A stretch of 64,000 bases of DNA from Ginglymostoma cirratum (lineage: Eukaryota). The notes under the pieces are model-generated. The model saw only the letters and a program-made list of their open reading frames with translations. It was not told where the DNA came from and did not search any database. Position 1 is the first letter of the stretch; each line of letters begins with the position of its first letter. The translations under genes and the position numbers were made by a program. Shown in pieces: positions 36,369-50,514 of the stretch. Where the stretch lies: the NCBI GenBank assembly GCA_024137785.1, contig JAHRHZ010000139.1:44116861-44180860 (forward strand), written 5' to 3'.

Positions 36369-36720
36369 GGGGAGGCAATAGCCAAGCGGTATTACCGTGA
36401 GCCTGTTAATCCAGAGACCCAGACAATGTTCTGGGGACCTGGGTTTGAATCCTGCCATGGGAGATGATGAAATTTGAATTCAATTTAAGAAAAATTGAAT
36501 TAAGAGTCTAATGATGGCCATGAACCCATTGCCAATTGTTGGAAAAACCAATCTGGCTCGCTAATGTCCTTTAGGGAAGGAAACTATCATCCTTGCCTGG
36601 TCTGGCCTACATGAGACTCCAGTTCCATAGCAATGTAGTTGACTCTTAACTGTCCTCTGGGCAATTAGGGATGGACAATAAATGCTGGCCTAGCCAGTGA
36701 TGCTGTCATCCTGTGAATGG
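36369..36720 (+). mobile_element. tRNA-derived SINE (32776 family)
   Basis: Colinear with 32776-33128. Confidence 0.85.
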
Positions 36721-37619
36721 TTTCCTTGTTTGGCATGATATTTCCTTGGTTTCAGAAGCTCAGGAACCAACATGTTTCACGCAGCAATCACAGGCTGATG
36801 GATTTATTTATAAACATAAACCTGAGTCTGATTCATACTCATATTCAACAAGGTGATCTTCAGAAGTCAGCATGAGATACAATATTAACCTTTTTTAACC
36901 ATATTTTACTCTAATATCCATTGTTCTATAGTTACAAATCTTATCACGTTTTCCTAATGTTTTGTAACTTTCAGCTTTATGTTTTTTCACCTTCTACAGT
37001 TAACACCCAAATTATTATGTACATAACATCTTCAACATTTAAAATTCAACTCATTACAAATTTCTTTTCTCTAACAAAAATCAGTCTCAAATCTCCAAAT
37101 TAAACTCCAACCAGCTGCCTCATCCCCAGGGCCTTAGGACTTCCAGTGCAAAGAACCTCGGGCAATATATTCCTCCAGGCTGTCAGGCTGCACAGCGAGT
37201 TCATAAATACTGTATGAGAATGTACATTCTCATTTTATATATGTATATTTGATCATCTAAATGTGAATAGACTTCATCAATTTTCTATATGAAATCATCT
37301 TTAATCACAGATATATTTTATGAAGCAGTATGAAATGGTATTTGTATTTTCTGTAAAGAAAAGCACAGATGTACATCTAATGGTTTTACAATTTGTTTCC
37401 GAACCTGCTCCATACTTGCAATAACTTCATAAAATATTGTTAATTCATTCAGTCTTGGAAAGTAGGCATCACTGTCAAGGTTGGTATTTATTGCCCATTA
37501 CTACACAATTCTGATGTGTTAGGTCACTTAAGAGTCAACTACATTTGTGTGGGACTCAAATAATATATATGTCAATCTCAGTTAAAATGCCTTCCTAAAG
37601 GGCATTAGTGAATTAATTG

Positions 37620-38197
37620 AGTTTATGATCCCAGCTGATGATACTATTGGACATGTTGCATCCCAGAATAAAATCTGGCTTAATAGATCATATTTTTAAA
37701 AAATTTTAGTTAACATGGCGGTCAGCCATTGAAATATAAGCACATGATGTTCCAGGGTTTCGTTAACAAAACACCAATTTAGCACACAAAAGACAAAGAC
37801 ATAGGAAAACAAAGATTTCAACCAATTTTCCAACACTAACCGTTTAGAGAAATGTTAGTCGAGGGAACTTACTTTCCATATCATAGTTTTAAAGTTCTAT
37901 ATACCCGATTCTTCTCTTTTCTTTCCTGTGAACCATGGTGTCATGATCATGCACAAAATTCACAGTTTACATTTTCTCAGATTCTAATAACCTGCAGCTT
38001 TCTGCTCAGGAAGCTGCACAAACTAAACTTCTGCCAGGGTAACTTATTCCTGAACCGCTCTGAAAAACTGTTTTCTAGGACAGAAATTATACTTGTTTCT
38101 AATCTTTGATCAGTGTCCTCTAAAATGACCTGCAAACTTTCAGTATTTGGATTTTCCAAACTAAAATAAATCTTTGATGTTTAATCCACTTGTCACA
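37620..38197. mobile_element. LTR-like repeat, family B
   Basis: Start resembles 1260; ends TGTCACA. Confidence 0.4.
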
Positions 38198-40499
38198 GGA
38201 TAAACAATTTTCCATTAGCCCTCCAGAGGTTCACTGTCTAACCCTAACCTGTTCTTTGGTATATTAGATTAGCTCAACGTCCCAGAATGACTGTCTTATC
38301 TCATTAAATTTAAATCATGGCAGTAACATACATCTAGACGACACTATTTTGAAATCAAGCTGTAAAGATCATATTAATATATATAATTTATATTTTCAGC
38401 ACAGATTCTGAAAACAATCCAAAAGTGTCATGGTAGCTTTCAGATTGCCACTTGTATTTTAACTCGTAATCCATAGAGCATCAGTCAAGTTCCCTAGATT
38501 AATTACTAGACTATCAGACAGCAAAATTTGATCCAGTTGAAGATTTTGACTATCAACTGAGTACTGTTGAGAGCCATACTTGACCTACTCTAAGGAAGTG
38601 TCTGCTGAATTAGGAGCCAGTCAGGTGCCACAGTGGTCAACAGCGGACATCCCTGGGGAATCCATGACTCTAGATTTGGAAATCTCTTCCCTGAGAGCTC
38701 CTTGGAAACTGGCTGCACCTCAGCTCCACCACAGGATTGCAGTGGTAGCTGCCAACGATGCCCAGGAACTGAGGTTCCAGGTAAGACATGAGTGAAGATG
38801 GAATGGGGGCTGTGTGAGTTGACTTGGAGGCAGGGTAGCTTTCAGTTGTCCATGTCACTCGATCAGACACTGAGTGCCCAACAAGAGATAACACCCTCTC
38901 TTTCCCATGTGCCATGCGACCCCAGCAGAATCTTGAAGATGTATGGCAACTGTTATGCCCACTGCCTGTTGACTAGCAGCAGTGGTCTGGAAGAGGCCCT
39001 TAGGTTGACATTAACAGTCCATTTAATGGCTTCTACCAGCAGAAGGTAGGTAGGCTGTCCACAGGCCTTCTCAACTTAAAATACCAGCCCACAGAAACCT
39101 GTCATTACTGTGCCTTTAGTCCTCATTAATATAGATATGTTTAATCAACCTGTTCAGATGTATTATTACATAACTCTGGAAGAGGCGGGACTTCGTTCTG
39201 GGCCTTCCGGCTTAAGCTGGGAACACCTTCAGCGAAGTGATTATGTCTCAAAGTCTAAAGGGAATAGTCCTCAGTTAAGTCAAGAGAAACACCCTTCAAT
39301 TTGGGGGCTCCTATCACGGCAAGTCAAGAACAGTGCCCAATATCAGTTCAGCGACTTGGTTGGACACTTATGTTAGTCAGTGTCAGACAGCCTGTATCAC
39401 TACAACCCAGGTAGAGAGCCAAGGTTTGTCTTGTTGGTCTGGTTAGTCCATGGAGTTGTGATAAGTCAGTTGGTGAGCTGTGCACTGATCAGTCAGTGGT
39501 CCGATCATTGGTCACGGCTGTCCGTCCAAGTGGGTCAGTGAGTGGATCACAGTCAGTCTTTGGTTCAAATCGATGAAATAAAATCACAGATGGAAAACAA
39601 ATCTGAGTCACAAACCAACAGGGTTGAGGTGGGAAGGTTATCAGGGTTCACTGCTGTAGTTGAAGAGGGAGAGCTCAATTCTGGGGATTGGAAACAGCGT
39701 GTGAGGATGCAGAGTGGACTAGAATTGTGAGGGGGAAATCACTATGTATAAAGGGGAGAGAAAATAGTACCTTGTGGGACACAAGTTACTGCAGGAGATG
39801 GTATCGTCAATGGTCACTACTACTCTGGCCTTCACAGGAAGAGGGGTGTCAGTGCAACATGATGGTGGGCATGACTAAGCTGTAGGTTCACAGCTCAGGG
39901 GTAAATATTGAGAGACGAAGTACTAATTCAGAAAGACACGTGGGAATTTTTGGAAGCTCAGTGCTGGTGGGCCAACAATGAATGCAAGGATGAAAGAAAC
40001 GTAGAATTTGGGGGTTCCAGGATGCCCTGATTACCAGTCTGGGCCAGTGACTCACCTGACCTTCCATATGCAAACAATGGAAATGGAAATTGGCTGCACA
40101 CTTACCTTCCTGCTAGTTCTTAACGAAAAGTCACATACCCTTGAATATTCAGTTCTCACCTTTCAGCTCTGTGTAACCATGTCTGTGTGCCATTAGACTG
40201 TATTTGTGTGATTAATTCATCTACTCATTCTGAATACTACTGTTCCTAATCCTGCAGTTTCATTAGACTTTATTGTTGATATTTCAACAAGTGTTATTTT
40301 TACAGATCAGTCCACAATGAATGCTTCACTGAGGTACAAATGCTTCAAAGAACTAACAGACATTTATACAACTGAGTTGCAGTCTCTGAAAACTAAGGGA
40401 GCCTTCAAACCTACTCCTCTTAGCATTTTTCTGCCTCCAAGAGGAACTCCAAAAAGCCTCCAGTGATCATGGTACTGCAAGGCAATCATGCCCTGCATT

Positions 40500-40802
40500 C
40501 CTAGAATCACAGAGTGCGGGTAAAGCCATTTGGCCCAACAAGTCTGCACTGACTCTGCAAAGAGTGTCGCTCCCAGACTCGCCCCAAACCCTTTCCCCAC
40601 ATTGTCATGGCTAATCCACCTCGACTGCACATCCCTGGACAACATGGGGTAACTTAGCATGGCCAATCTACCTAACCTGCATATCTTTGGACTGTGGGAG
40701 GACACCACATCATGAGAACTTCACACATTCACTCAAAGCTGGAATTAAACCCTGGTCCCTAGTACTGTGAGGCAGCAGTGCTAACCACTGTGCCATCCTG
40801 CC
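40500..40802 (-). mobile_element. V-SINE (HE1-like)
   Basis: Colinear with 4836-5185, with an internal deletion. Confidence 0.8.
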
Positions 40803-40899
40803 ACACTATGAAAATGCCCATTGTGGAAGTCATCTCCAGGAAAATGGGTTTGCAAAGTTGGGAATTTTCCAACCACGTATTTGTATCTAGACTAAGGAC

Positions 40900-41500
40900 A
40901 CCTGCTTCCATCTCCACAACATCGTTCAACATAGCCTCTATCTCAGGCCATCTGCTGCTGATTCCTTACTCTTGTCCTGTTCTCTCGAGACCTAACTATT
41001 CCAATGCACTTCTGTGGGGTTTGCCGTATTCTACCTTGCGCAGACTTGACATTATGCAAACTCCAATGCTTGTTTCTTTACTCATACCATGTTCCTTTCC
41101 CCAATCACCTCTGCTGCTAACATATGTCAGCTCAAGCAATAGATTTGTTTTAAAATTCCTGTCCTTGTTTTCAAATCACTACATGGCCTTGGTTCTCTCA
41201 AATCTATGTAATCTCCTACAGAGTTACAATCCTCCAAAATAGCTGTGCACACCTACGTTTTGCTTCGCTCACTCAATTTAAAATCTCTACACCATTGGTG
41301 ACCCTGTCTCCAGTTGCCTCAGCTCCAAGTTCTGAAATTCCTCATCTTGACGTCTCTGGCTTTGTACCTTACTTTGAAAAGACTCCCTAAAACCTCTCCC
41401 TCTGATTACGCTCTATGTTACCTGCTCTAATGAGGGTTTGTGTCATATTTTGTTTTATAATGTACCTGCGATATGCTATGGACCAGTTCATAACATTACA
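40900..41500 (+). mobile_element. L2 LINE 3' fragment
   Basis: FHLHNI..SRPNYSNALLWGLP (cf. FHLRNI..SRLDYxNALLxGLP), FKIxxLVFK-like segment. Confidence 0.7.
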
Positions 41501-41924
41501 GGTACTATGAAAATAGCATACACATATTTAAATAATTATTGTTCACAAAATTATTATTACGAAGTAATACCAGTAAAAAAGTGTTTACCTCGTTCACTTC
41601 CAAAATAGGGTATTGTTATCAAAAATGAAGTAGGAATACAATTTTATCAACCTCTTTTCTTCCCTTTGCTTCCACTAATGGTATTTGCTCCTTGTTAAGG
41701 TGTGCTGCCACAAATGACAGCTACTTTCTGGTCTCACCAAACTGACCATTCTTCATGGATTAGTGATTATGCCTGTCCTATTCAATCAGCGCCTCCCTCC
41801 ACCACCTCCACCCCCCACCCCCCCACCTCCCCACACCCCCAACCCCTTGCTTTTTGTTCACATGCAGGCGATTCCTGCAGAGAACATCAAGAAGAAAACA
41901 GGGAATATACAGTCTTGGTTCTAG

Positions 41925-42520
41925 GATAGCATACCTCTGCATCAGAATGCTGTGGGCTTGAGGCCCCTGAAGACTTCAGCACAAAGTTCAGAGTGACACT
42001 TGTGTGTAATATTAAAAGATTGTAATGCTGCAGATGCTGCCTTTCAGTTCAGAATTTGTCTCAAAGACCCTGTCTATTCTCCCATGACACAATTCAAAGA
42101 GAAGGGGCATTCTAACTACGTCTTTGTCAATACTTATCCTTCAATGCAGTGACAAGAACCAATTACCTGGTCTCCATCTGGGTAAATAGGTATATTATGT
42201 TACAACAAAAACTAAACTTCAAACGTACGTATAGAGTAATAGAGTTGTACAGCACGGAAACTGACCCTTCGGTCCAATTCGTCCATGCTGACCAGATATC
42301 CTAAAATAACCTAGTCCTATTTGCCAGTATTTGGCCCATATCCCTCTAAGCCCTTCTTATTCATGTACCCATCTAGATGCCTTTTAAATGTTGTAATTGT
42401 ACCAGCATCCACCTCTTCCTCTGGCAGCTCATTCCATAAACATACCACCCTCTGTGTGGCCTTTATGCACATTAGGACATTCTGAATTAATGAAAGAGCC
42501 CAGATAAATTAAAGTCTTTT
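41925..42520 (+). mobile_element. Degenerate Deu-domain SINE (SacSINE1-like) interrupted by a minus-strand CR1 3' end (42233-42460)
   Basis: GATGCTGCCTTTCAG..CCCATGACAC..GAAGGGG..CAATACTTATCCTTCAA..TTACAACA..ACTTCAAA. The tail resumes GGACATTCTGA..TGAAAG..ATAAAT. Confidence 0.5.
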
Positions 42521-43558
42521 TGACTCTAGCTGCACTTCCTTTGCCTAACCCATGGATTGATTGACAGTACTCACCCCTGTACTATCTGAGGTCAGTTCAG
42601 CGGAGACCAAGGAATGTCCCCACATGTATGGTCTAGCAACTATTTGTCAATCAGCTGAGATGGCTCAGAAATGACACAGAATAAGAAATTACCAGATACA
42701 ATCACCAGAGGGAACATATGAAGTTAATATTTTCAGAATGTTAAATTGAAGATATGATGGGAAAAACAGGCTACTTTGTTACTTAGGTTTCAACCAATAT
42801 TGATTTTTTAAATTCTTACACTTGGATCAATTTATTTCCCTTATGCATTTGATATTTTCCTGTTTTCATACTTTTCTTTTTTGTAAATTGATGTTCCGAG
42901 GTACACGACACTTAACAAGATCAAAAGCATGTTATTCTTGTCTTTATTCATAATATTAATTGTGTTAACTAAAGAACAGCTTGGAAACAAATTAGGTTAT
43001 TGTTCTGACAAATGATAAATGAATGGAGAATTTATCCATGTTTATGCAAGTTAATAGAGCTTCTTCCTCCCTGGTAAAATACACAACTTTATTACATTGT
43101 TCTTTATTTCATTCAGATGTCTGGGTTATAATAGAAAAAGAAATTGTACACAATGCATAAAAAGTTAGCTCTACATTTTCATAGAGTTCAGTCTACAGGG
43201 AGTGAGTCAATCATCTCGAGTTTAAGATCTCAGTTGAGGAAGTAACAATGCAGAGATAACATATATCTGTTCAAAAACACTTACAACTTGTAAGTGAGGT
43301 AGATGAAGAAATTACTGGATGAGATAGTTGTAAAGAGCATGAAACTGCAGAGATCTTGGGAAAAGCACAATAATCTGCAGGAAAACAAGAGGAGTCATAT
43401 TAAAATTTCGGTGCCCCTTCTATAATTTCTTTCAACCTGTTTACAATGCGGGATTGATAGTTTCAAAATGTGTCTCAGTTTGACACTCCACACAAGCCTC
43501 ACCTCATGCCAATTACCTTTACCCAAGCTGCCCTACTTCTGTTATTTCCATCACAGCT

Positions 43559-43778
43559 AGAAGTGCTGGAGAAACTCAGCAGGTCTGTCAGCATCTGTGG
43601 AGACAAATACAGAGCTAATATTTCAAGGCCAGTGATCATTTGTCAGGAATGTTCCGAAGAGAAGTGACTGGTCTCAAAAGGTTTGCTCTGTTTCTCTCTA
43701 CGCAGATGCTGCCAGACCTGTTGAGTTTCGCTAACACTTCCTGTTTTTGGTTCAGATTTCCTACATCCGCAGTACTTG
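43559..43778. mobile_element. Head-to-head Penelope terminal-repeat pair (second family)
   Basis: GAAACTCAGCAGGTCTGTCAGCATCTG pairs with CAGATGCTGCCAGACCTGTTGAGTTTC. The centre holds two decayed hammerhead cores. Confidence 0.75.
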
Positions 43779-44239
43779 TTTAATTCCTGTATTTCCTTGC
43801 CTTCATAACTTAAGCCTCCTTTTGCATGCATCAATGCTGTTTTGACTATTTTATGCAGCAGGAAAGTTTGCATTTTCACCACACTTTGTTAACAATTCTT
43901 GTTCATTCTTTATTTGTTCACAATTTTCTGACATGTATGTCATGTGTTTTTGTCTTGGGTTATCCACAGTGCAACTGTTCCTCTGTATCTATATGAGTGA
44001 ACACCTTCATAATGTTTAGACCGCTATCAGATTACTGCTTGGTTTGCCTTTTTATAGAGAAGTAGTCACAGCCAGCAAACATTTCCTGATAAATGCAGCC
44101 TCTAAATTCTGTTTGAATGACAGTGTCTATTGCTCAGTAGCAGTATATTCATCCTAAGAAAACCAAAATTTATTTCAATTAAATGTGCACCAGACGATCT
44201 TCCCATATTGTATCATAGACCCACCCAACAGATTTTATA

Positions 44240-44760
44240 TGAAAAAAGTCCTAGACTTTACAAGTACAGGTATTGAGAACATAAGCAAAGACATTATGAA
44301 GAGCTTCGAGAACACACTATATTGGACTCATATGATTTATTATGTCCAATTCTGGGATGTAAAGGCATTAGAGAGAATGCAGAAAAGATTTACAAGATTA
44401 ATTCCAAGAGTGATAGATTTACAGTTATGTACAAAGATTGGAAAAGTTTAAGATATTCTTCTTAGAGATTAGAATATTGAAAAAAAACCTGATAGTTGTG
44501 TTAAAAGTTATGAGACAGAGCAGATGGAATGACATGGTATCCACCATTACTAGGGTCCAGAACTGGTGAATACTGGTTCTTCAACCCCATTCATCTTCAA
44601 CGACAACATGAGGAAATATATTTGTACGCAGCCTGGGGTTAGAACCTGCAATGCACTGCCGCTAGTGTGCTGGAAGCAGATTTCATTCCGGCTTTTAAAA
44701 GAGAATTGTATTGGTACCTTGAATCTATCCCTGCAGATATTGATACATTTTTTAAACAGA
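44240..44760 (+). mobile_element. Degenerate CR1 3' fragment
   Basis: YYVQFWDVKALERMQKRFTRLIP; VRTCNALP. Confidence 0.7.
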
Positions 44761-46667
44761 AAGGAATCCTCAGGACATCAACAGAAAGAAAGCCGATGAA
44801 CAAGATTTTACTTTATAAAACTTTTATTGTAACGAACCATTTAAAATTAACTTAATTCAAAACATTAATCAACTGATGAATTTTATTTCAAATCAAAAAG
44901 GTAAATTTCATGGTAGATAGTCTGTGCAACAAAGATATAGCCCACATCATTTGCATCACTTCTCACACAAATTTGGGAATTTCACAGCCCATCAAATTCA
45001 GACTCCAACAAATGGGATATCTCAGGATGCACAGTCACCCACTCAAAAAGCACATGCATACGAACTAAGTCCAAACAGTCTTAATGACATAGATTCCCAG
45101 AGACTTCTTTATCTGACTCCTTCTAATGTCTGGTTGATTCAAAAGAAACTGATACAGCTGCAATTGGGGTATCAACCAGTCCACAATACCTGTTCTCCTT
45201 GTCCTAAGATTTCCCAGTGCATAACACAAGATCTAATCTCACAGTCTTGTCTCTTTTTTTTTAAAGACCAGAATTTGCTTTGATCTGTAGGAACAGAGAT
45301 GTGCTTTATTTGATATCTCAAATTGCTACTTACATTATTAGGGTTTGCTATTTAGCCTTCATCCCCATAGCAACCTCAGGTCTTCTGGATATTTCTTGGA
45401 ACTAAAATGTTGGCTTGAAAGTTCAATTATGATACAAAATACCTATTCAAGATCTCTGCCATTTCCTTGTTTCCCATTACTTCTTTTACTTAGAAGGATA
45501 TTCTAATTTTTCCTTTTCATATTAATTTTTTCTGCTATGCAGAACTATTACCAATCTTCTGGGTAACTTCTAACCTTTGCAGCATTGTATGTCTTTTTAT
45601 TTCAATTTGATACTATCCTTAACATCCTTACTTAGTTATGGATGTTGCATCATTCTCATAGAACATTTCTTTCTGAATGGATCATTGTTTGCTGAATGCT
45701 ATCAAATATTTCCTTCAACATCTCTCATTGCTTCTTCTGCCATCTTACTTCTAATCTTTTCCCAAGGCCATTTTAGCCAAGTTTATCTACGTTCCTCAAT
45801 AATTCCCTTTAGTTATGAGACATTAATTTCAGACATATAATTTTCACCAAATAGAATGTAAATTTCCAATATTATAATTGCCTTCGCCACAAGATATTTT
45901 ACTATATAATCTTTCATTAAAGCTGTCCCTTTACTGATTTCCAAATCAAAAACAGCCCGCTACCTGGTTGGTTCCAGAATAAATTGTTGTACGCTGCAGT
46001 CCTGAATACATCCTATGCGTGCATCATTCAGGCTACTTTTGCTAATGTGATTTGTTTAATGTATTGGAAGATAAAAATTATTCATGACTATTGCCAAGCT
46101 TTTTATATATACCCCATTGTTTCTTGATTTATATTATGTCATACAGTACAGCAACCATTAAGGGGCCTATTAATTACTTGCACCAGTAAATTCCTTTCTT
46201 CGCTATTTCTTACTTCCTGCCACTTCCATTCTCTGTTGTGAATGATCAAAACAAGAACATTTTTCAATGCTGTTCTCATCTCTCCCATTTACTGATTACC
46301 TTAGTAACCAATTAACAAATTAAATAAGCTTGGGCATAAAGGCAGGTGCCATACCTGAAACTTAGGGTAGTTTTTGAAGAGCATTGCTATCCTGGACAAC
46401 CACATCTGCACTAAATATCTTCAACTCCAGGTCAGAATTAAGCTGGCATCCAAGTTCCTAAAATGGCTGGGCATCAAGGAAATAGAGAGTGCAGTGGCCA
46501 CTTTGCTGTGGGAGATGTTCACATCACTCAGTTAAGTAGAACTGTAGAGACGGTCAATAATAAAGGTCAGAAAGATGTTACTGTGAGTGAGGTAGGGATA
46601 GGGAGCCAAGATGTTGATGGAGGGGCCTTGATATTTTACTCTGACAAACAGGCAGGAGATATTTATA

Positions 46668-46794
46668 GAGGCTAAGCAACTGCAGATGCTGGAATCCAAG
46701 GTAGACAAACAGGAGGCTGGAAGAACACAGCTGGCCAGGCAGTAGCTTGAGGAAAGAAGCAGTCAACATTTTGGGTATTACCCTTCTTCAGGAC
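46668..46794 (-). mobile_element. Penelope terminal-repeat unit (another family)
   Basis: Minus strand CTGAAGAAGGGTAATACCCAAAATGTTGAC...CCAGCATCTGCAG. Confidence 0.65.
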
Positions 46795-46929
46795 AGGTAA
46801 TACCAAAACATTGACTGTTCCTTTCCAGGAGTTATCTTTAACCAATGTGGATGAGGACAAAGACTGCTGACTGGATGAGCAAACTGACCACAGCACAAGA
46901 AAGTGCAGGAAGCCATCCAAGTTAGAGAT

Positions 46930-47880
46930 GTGAAAAGGAATACAGTAGTGATCGAGCTAAGTACAGTCAGGGAAATAGTATTATTCCCTGTACTGGTGAT
47001 TGTGAGCTCCAAAAGTTATGTTACCTACATGGTACCAGGATTAAGGCATCTCATTGCAGCTGGAAATGTACTGAAAGTAAAAGAAGTGTATCCAGTTGTC
47101 ATGAGCCACCAGAGAACCAAAGACACAAATAGAAATAGGCATGATGTTCTGCTGACATAGTTTGAATACTTCAGGTCCAAAGATGATAGTGACCACTGAA
47201 CTGTAATGTGAACCATGTTCCAATTGACTCAGAGTCAAGCAGTTGAGACAATTAGACATGAATCTCAAAGAGTGGTGTCGGAAGAAAAGTATTTGATTCA
47301 TGTGCCATTGGTGTCACTTCCGCGGAAAGAGGGAACTGTTCCATTGGGAACAATGCCACTTAAATGGAATGAGATCAATACCCTGACAAATTGTTTAACT
47401 AGGTCTTTGCCTGGGGCATAAACTAAAAGAGGATGGGGAAGGGGAATGGATGAAGGGAAGTTTAGAAATCTTTAAAAGACAATAAAGTGCTGTAGCAAAT
47501 TGTATAAAGACAAGCAAGAGGGCCAGAGTTTAATAATATTAATGTGTCAGCGAATAAGATTCATCCAAAACAACAGTAAGAAAAAGAAAGGTAAAGGTGT
47601 TTCATCTCATTACAAATGATTCACACATTCAGATAGACAAATGCTTTAGATCAAATTACAATTACAGAGTTATGGTTTCAAGGTGACGAAGATTGGGAAA
47701 TAAATGTTCCACGTACAGGATGGTTAAAGAGGAAAAATGGTTCTGATGGCAAAAGATTGAAAGAAAGATTTAAGAAAGAATTTTGACTCAGAAGATCATA
47801 AAATAGAATAGTTTTTCATGGAGGTCAGGAATTAGAAGAGTCAGAAAATGCTGGTGAGAGTAGTTTATAGACCATTTGAC
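46930..47880 (+). mobile_element. Very degenerate CR1 ORF1-esterase/APE remnant
   Basis: VVIELSTVREI (cf. GDSIVR), TNRNRHDVL, ITELWFQGDEDWEINVP, LVRVVYRP. Confidence 0.55.
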
Positions 47881-48449
47881 AAAAAGTTAAACTAAGGGTG
47901 AAAAAGCTGTCAAATTCCTAGAACCTGTTGCCCTACACCCCATGGTTTTGAAGTAGCTACAGGTAGTGAATGCACTTGCCACCTTTTGCCAAAGTTCCTC
48001 AAATTCTAGAACAGTCCCAATATAATATTTTACTGAATTCAAATTCCACCATCTGCTGTCGTGGGATTTGAACCTGGGTCCCCAGAATATTATCTGGCTG
48101 TCTAGATTAATAGTCCTGTGATAATACCACAAAGTCACTGTCTCCCCTCCCTCCTCTAGTCACTGTCACTGGTCATCAGTAGCTCATTGGGGTCCTCTGC
48201 CATCCCTTTCGCCAAAGCTTTTGCTCCTTTAGGTGCCTGTCCTAGGTGTGGACTTGGTACCTTGACTCAGCCTGTGAGTCTGGGACTTGTCCCTCACTCG
48301 CCAGAAGACCCCAGGCTGGGGTAGAGCTGCATCCTGGCACTTCTGCCGGAGGGTCATGGTTAATCATTAAAAACAAAAGAATGTTATAATGATTCAGTGG
48401 TGGTAAAGCCATTTGGCTGTGTGATAATACTGAAGGCTCATACAGTCAC

Positions 48450-48640
48450 TGAGTCATAGAGTCAAACAACATGGAAACAGAACCTTCAGTCCAACTCATC
48501 CATGCCAACCAGACATCCCAATCTGACCTAGTCCCATTTGCTCGCATGTGGCCCATATCCTTCTAAACCCTTCCTATTTATATACCCATCCAGATGTCTT
48601 TTAAATGTTGTAATTGTACCAGCCTCCACCACTTGTTCTG
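48450..48640 (-). mobile_element. CR1 3' UTR fragment
   Basis: Near-identical to 42233-42430. Confidence 0.75.
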
Positions 48641-49036
48641 TAAGCTCAGTCAAAAATATTTTATATCCCCTTTGTCCCACCTCTCTCTTGTTTTGGAGGT
48701 TTGCACTGCCCTTGACAGGTTTTGCAGGTAAATATCCAACTGGCCATTCTGGTGATTTACTGGTTGTGGTTAGTAGTTAAAAACCAAAACAAAAGTCATG
48801 GTCATTTGGTGGTCGAAAAACTGTTCTGTTATGTGTGATAGCACTTCTGGGAATAAAGAAGAAAAAAGAACAAAAAGGGAAAAACAGCAGGCCCAGGAAA
48901 GGGTCTGCAGAACTGCCTGTCCCAGGCTGGGACCAGTGTGTTTACACAACAAGTAATTTTTTTTTTTTTGGTATTCAACTATAAATGGTATTCCTTTCCA
49001 ATCAGGCTTCCTGAGTTACAAGATCATTACTGGAGG

Positions 49037-49269
49037 TGAAATAACTCCCCAAGGCTGGTATCCTGTCGCCAAGTCACCCCTTATTTATACGTGCATAGTG
49101 CGTGACACTGACCCAGCTAGCACTGAGCTGGCTACTAGAGTGAGCAGAACTCCTGACACTTCTGTCTATAACCGTCAGCCAAGCCTCCCTGATTGCAGCA
49201 GGTTAACAGCCCAAATTAGGGAACTCATTCAATGAGATCCACCTGGCTCACCTCATTCTAATCATTAGA
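49037..49269 (-). mobile_element. Solo LTR (233 bp)
   Basis: Plus strand TGAAATAAC...ATCATTAGA (terminal CA mutated). 5-bp TSD GGAGG at 49032-49036 and 49270-49274. Confidence 0.7.
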
Positions 49270-50514
49270 GGAGGAACGAATGCTAGCGGTACTCCGCCCC
49301 AACATTCAGCTATCAGTGGTCAGTTTTGTAACAGAAGACAGACCTCACCTAAAGAACTGTGTGTGGCTTTGATCTTCATATCAACAGAAGAATGATTTTC
49401 ATTAGAGGTGAACAGTGTAAGTTCATTAGATTGGATCTTAGGATCTTAGGAGGAGAGTTTCGTCTGTGACAGTCTGAGTTAGTTGGGTCTAAATTCTCTG
49501 GAGTTTTGAAAAATGTTAGGGGATCTTGATGAAATATATATTATTCAAAGGTGCTTGGCTCTGTTAACACTGTGAAGTTGTTTCACTGGATGGCACACTG
49601 GAACATTGGAACACAGAAGAAATTTCTTCACTCGAAACGTTGCAAATATTTGAAAATTCTCTAGGCTAGTTAGCTGTGGATGGTACAATTTGAATTGAAT
49701 AATAATCTGGAATTAATGAGTATAATGACGATCATGAAATCATTGTCGATTGCTGGAGAAAAGCCCTTCTGGTTCACAAGAGTCCTTTAGGGAGGGAAAT
49801 TGCTATCTCAGCTGGTCTGGTCTACACGTGATTCCAGACCCACATCATTGTGGTTGACTTTTAATTGTCCTCTGAGCAATTAGGGATGAGCAATATATGT
49901 TGGTCCAGCCAGTGATGCCTGCATCTCGTAAATGAAATCAATAAAAGGTTGTAGTATAGGGGAGGAGGGTTGAATGGATGTCAGCATGCTGGCTAGCTGT
50001 TTGCATACCACATCTTGGATGAAATGCATTTTTGTAATGACGTTTCATTTTAAAAGTACAGAGGGATGTGAACATTGTATTATTTACATTTTCTGTATTT
50101 TTGATTCTGGACTAAAATGGGGAAAAAGGGTCAGTTTTAAAAAACAAAGACTGGGGACACTTTTTAGAAGCGGGTTACCTGGCACTCACGGTTTACACTT
50201 CGGGCGAGGTTTACTACAAACAAACTAGAACTGTTGGGTGGGAGGGGTGTGTGGGGACGGAATGGTGAATACATATGAAGGAAACTCAGGCAGCAGTGAG
50301 GAGCTGATTGGCCTATAGAATGGTGACCAATTGTTGATGACAAAGGCCTTCTACCTGCTAGCAATTGTGATTGGCTCCCAGGAAGCCTCAAAACTCATGG
50401 GTGTGAATGATTAGTCAGAAACCATCGGATCTCCAGCGAAGAAGGATCTGTCATCTGTATGCAGCAAATGACACTTCAAGCCTAAAGAAAGCCAGTTTAT
50501 TTTATCGTATCTAT

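Noticed and set aside
41791-41846. C-rich tract (G-quadruplex potential on the minus strand)
   Set aside because: Low-complexity sequence with no supporting context.
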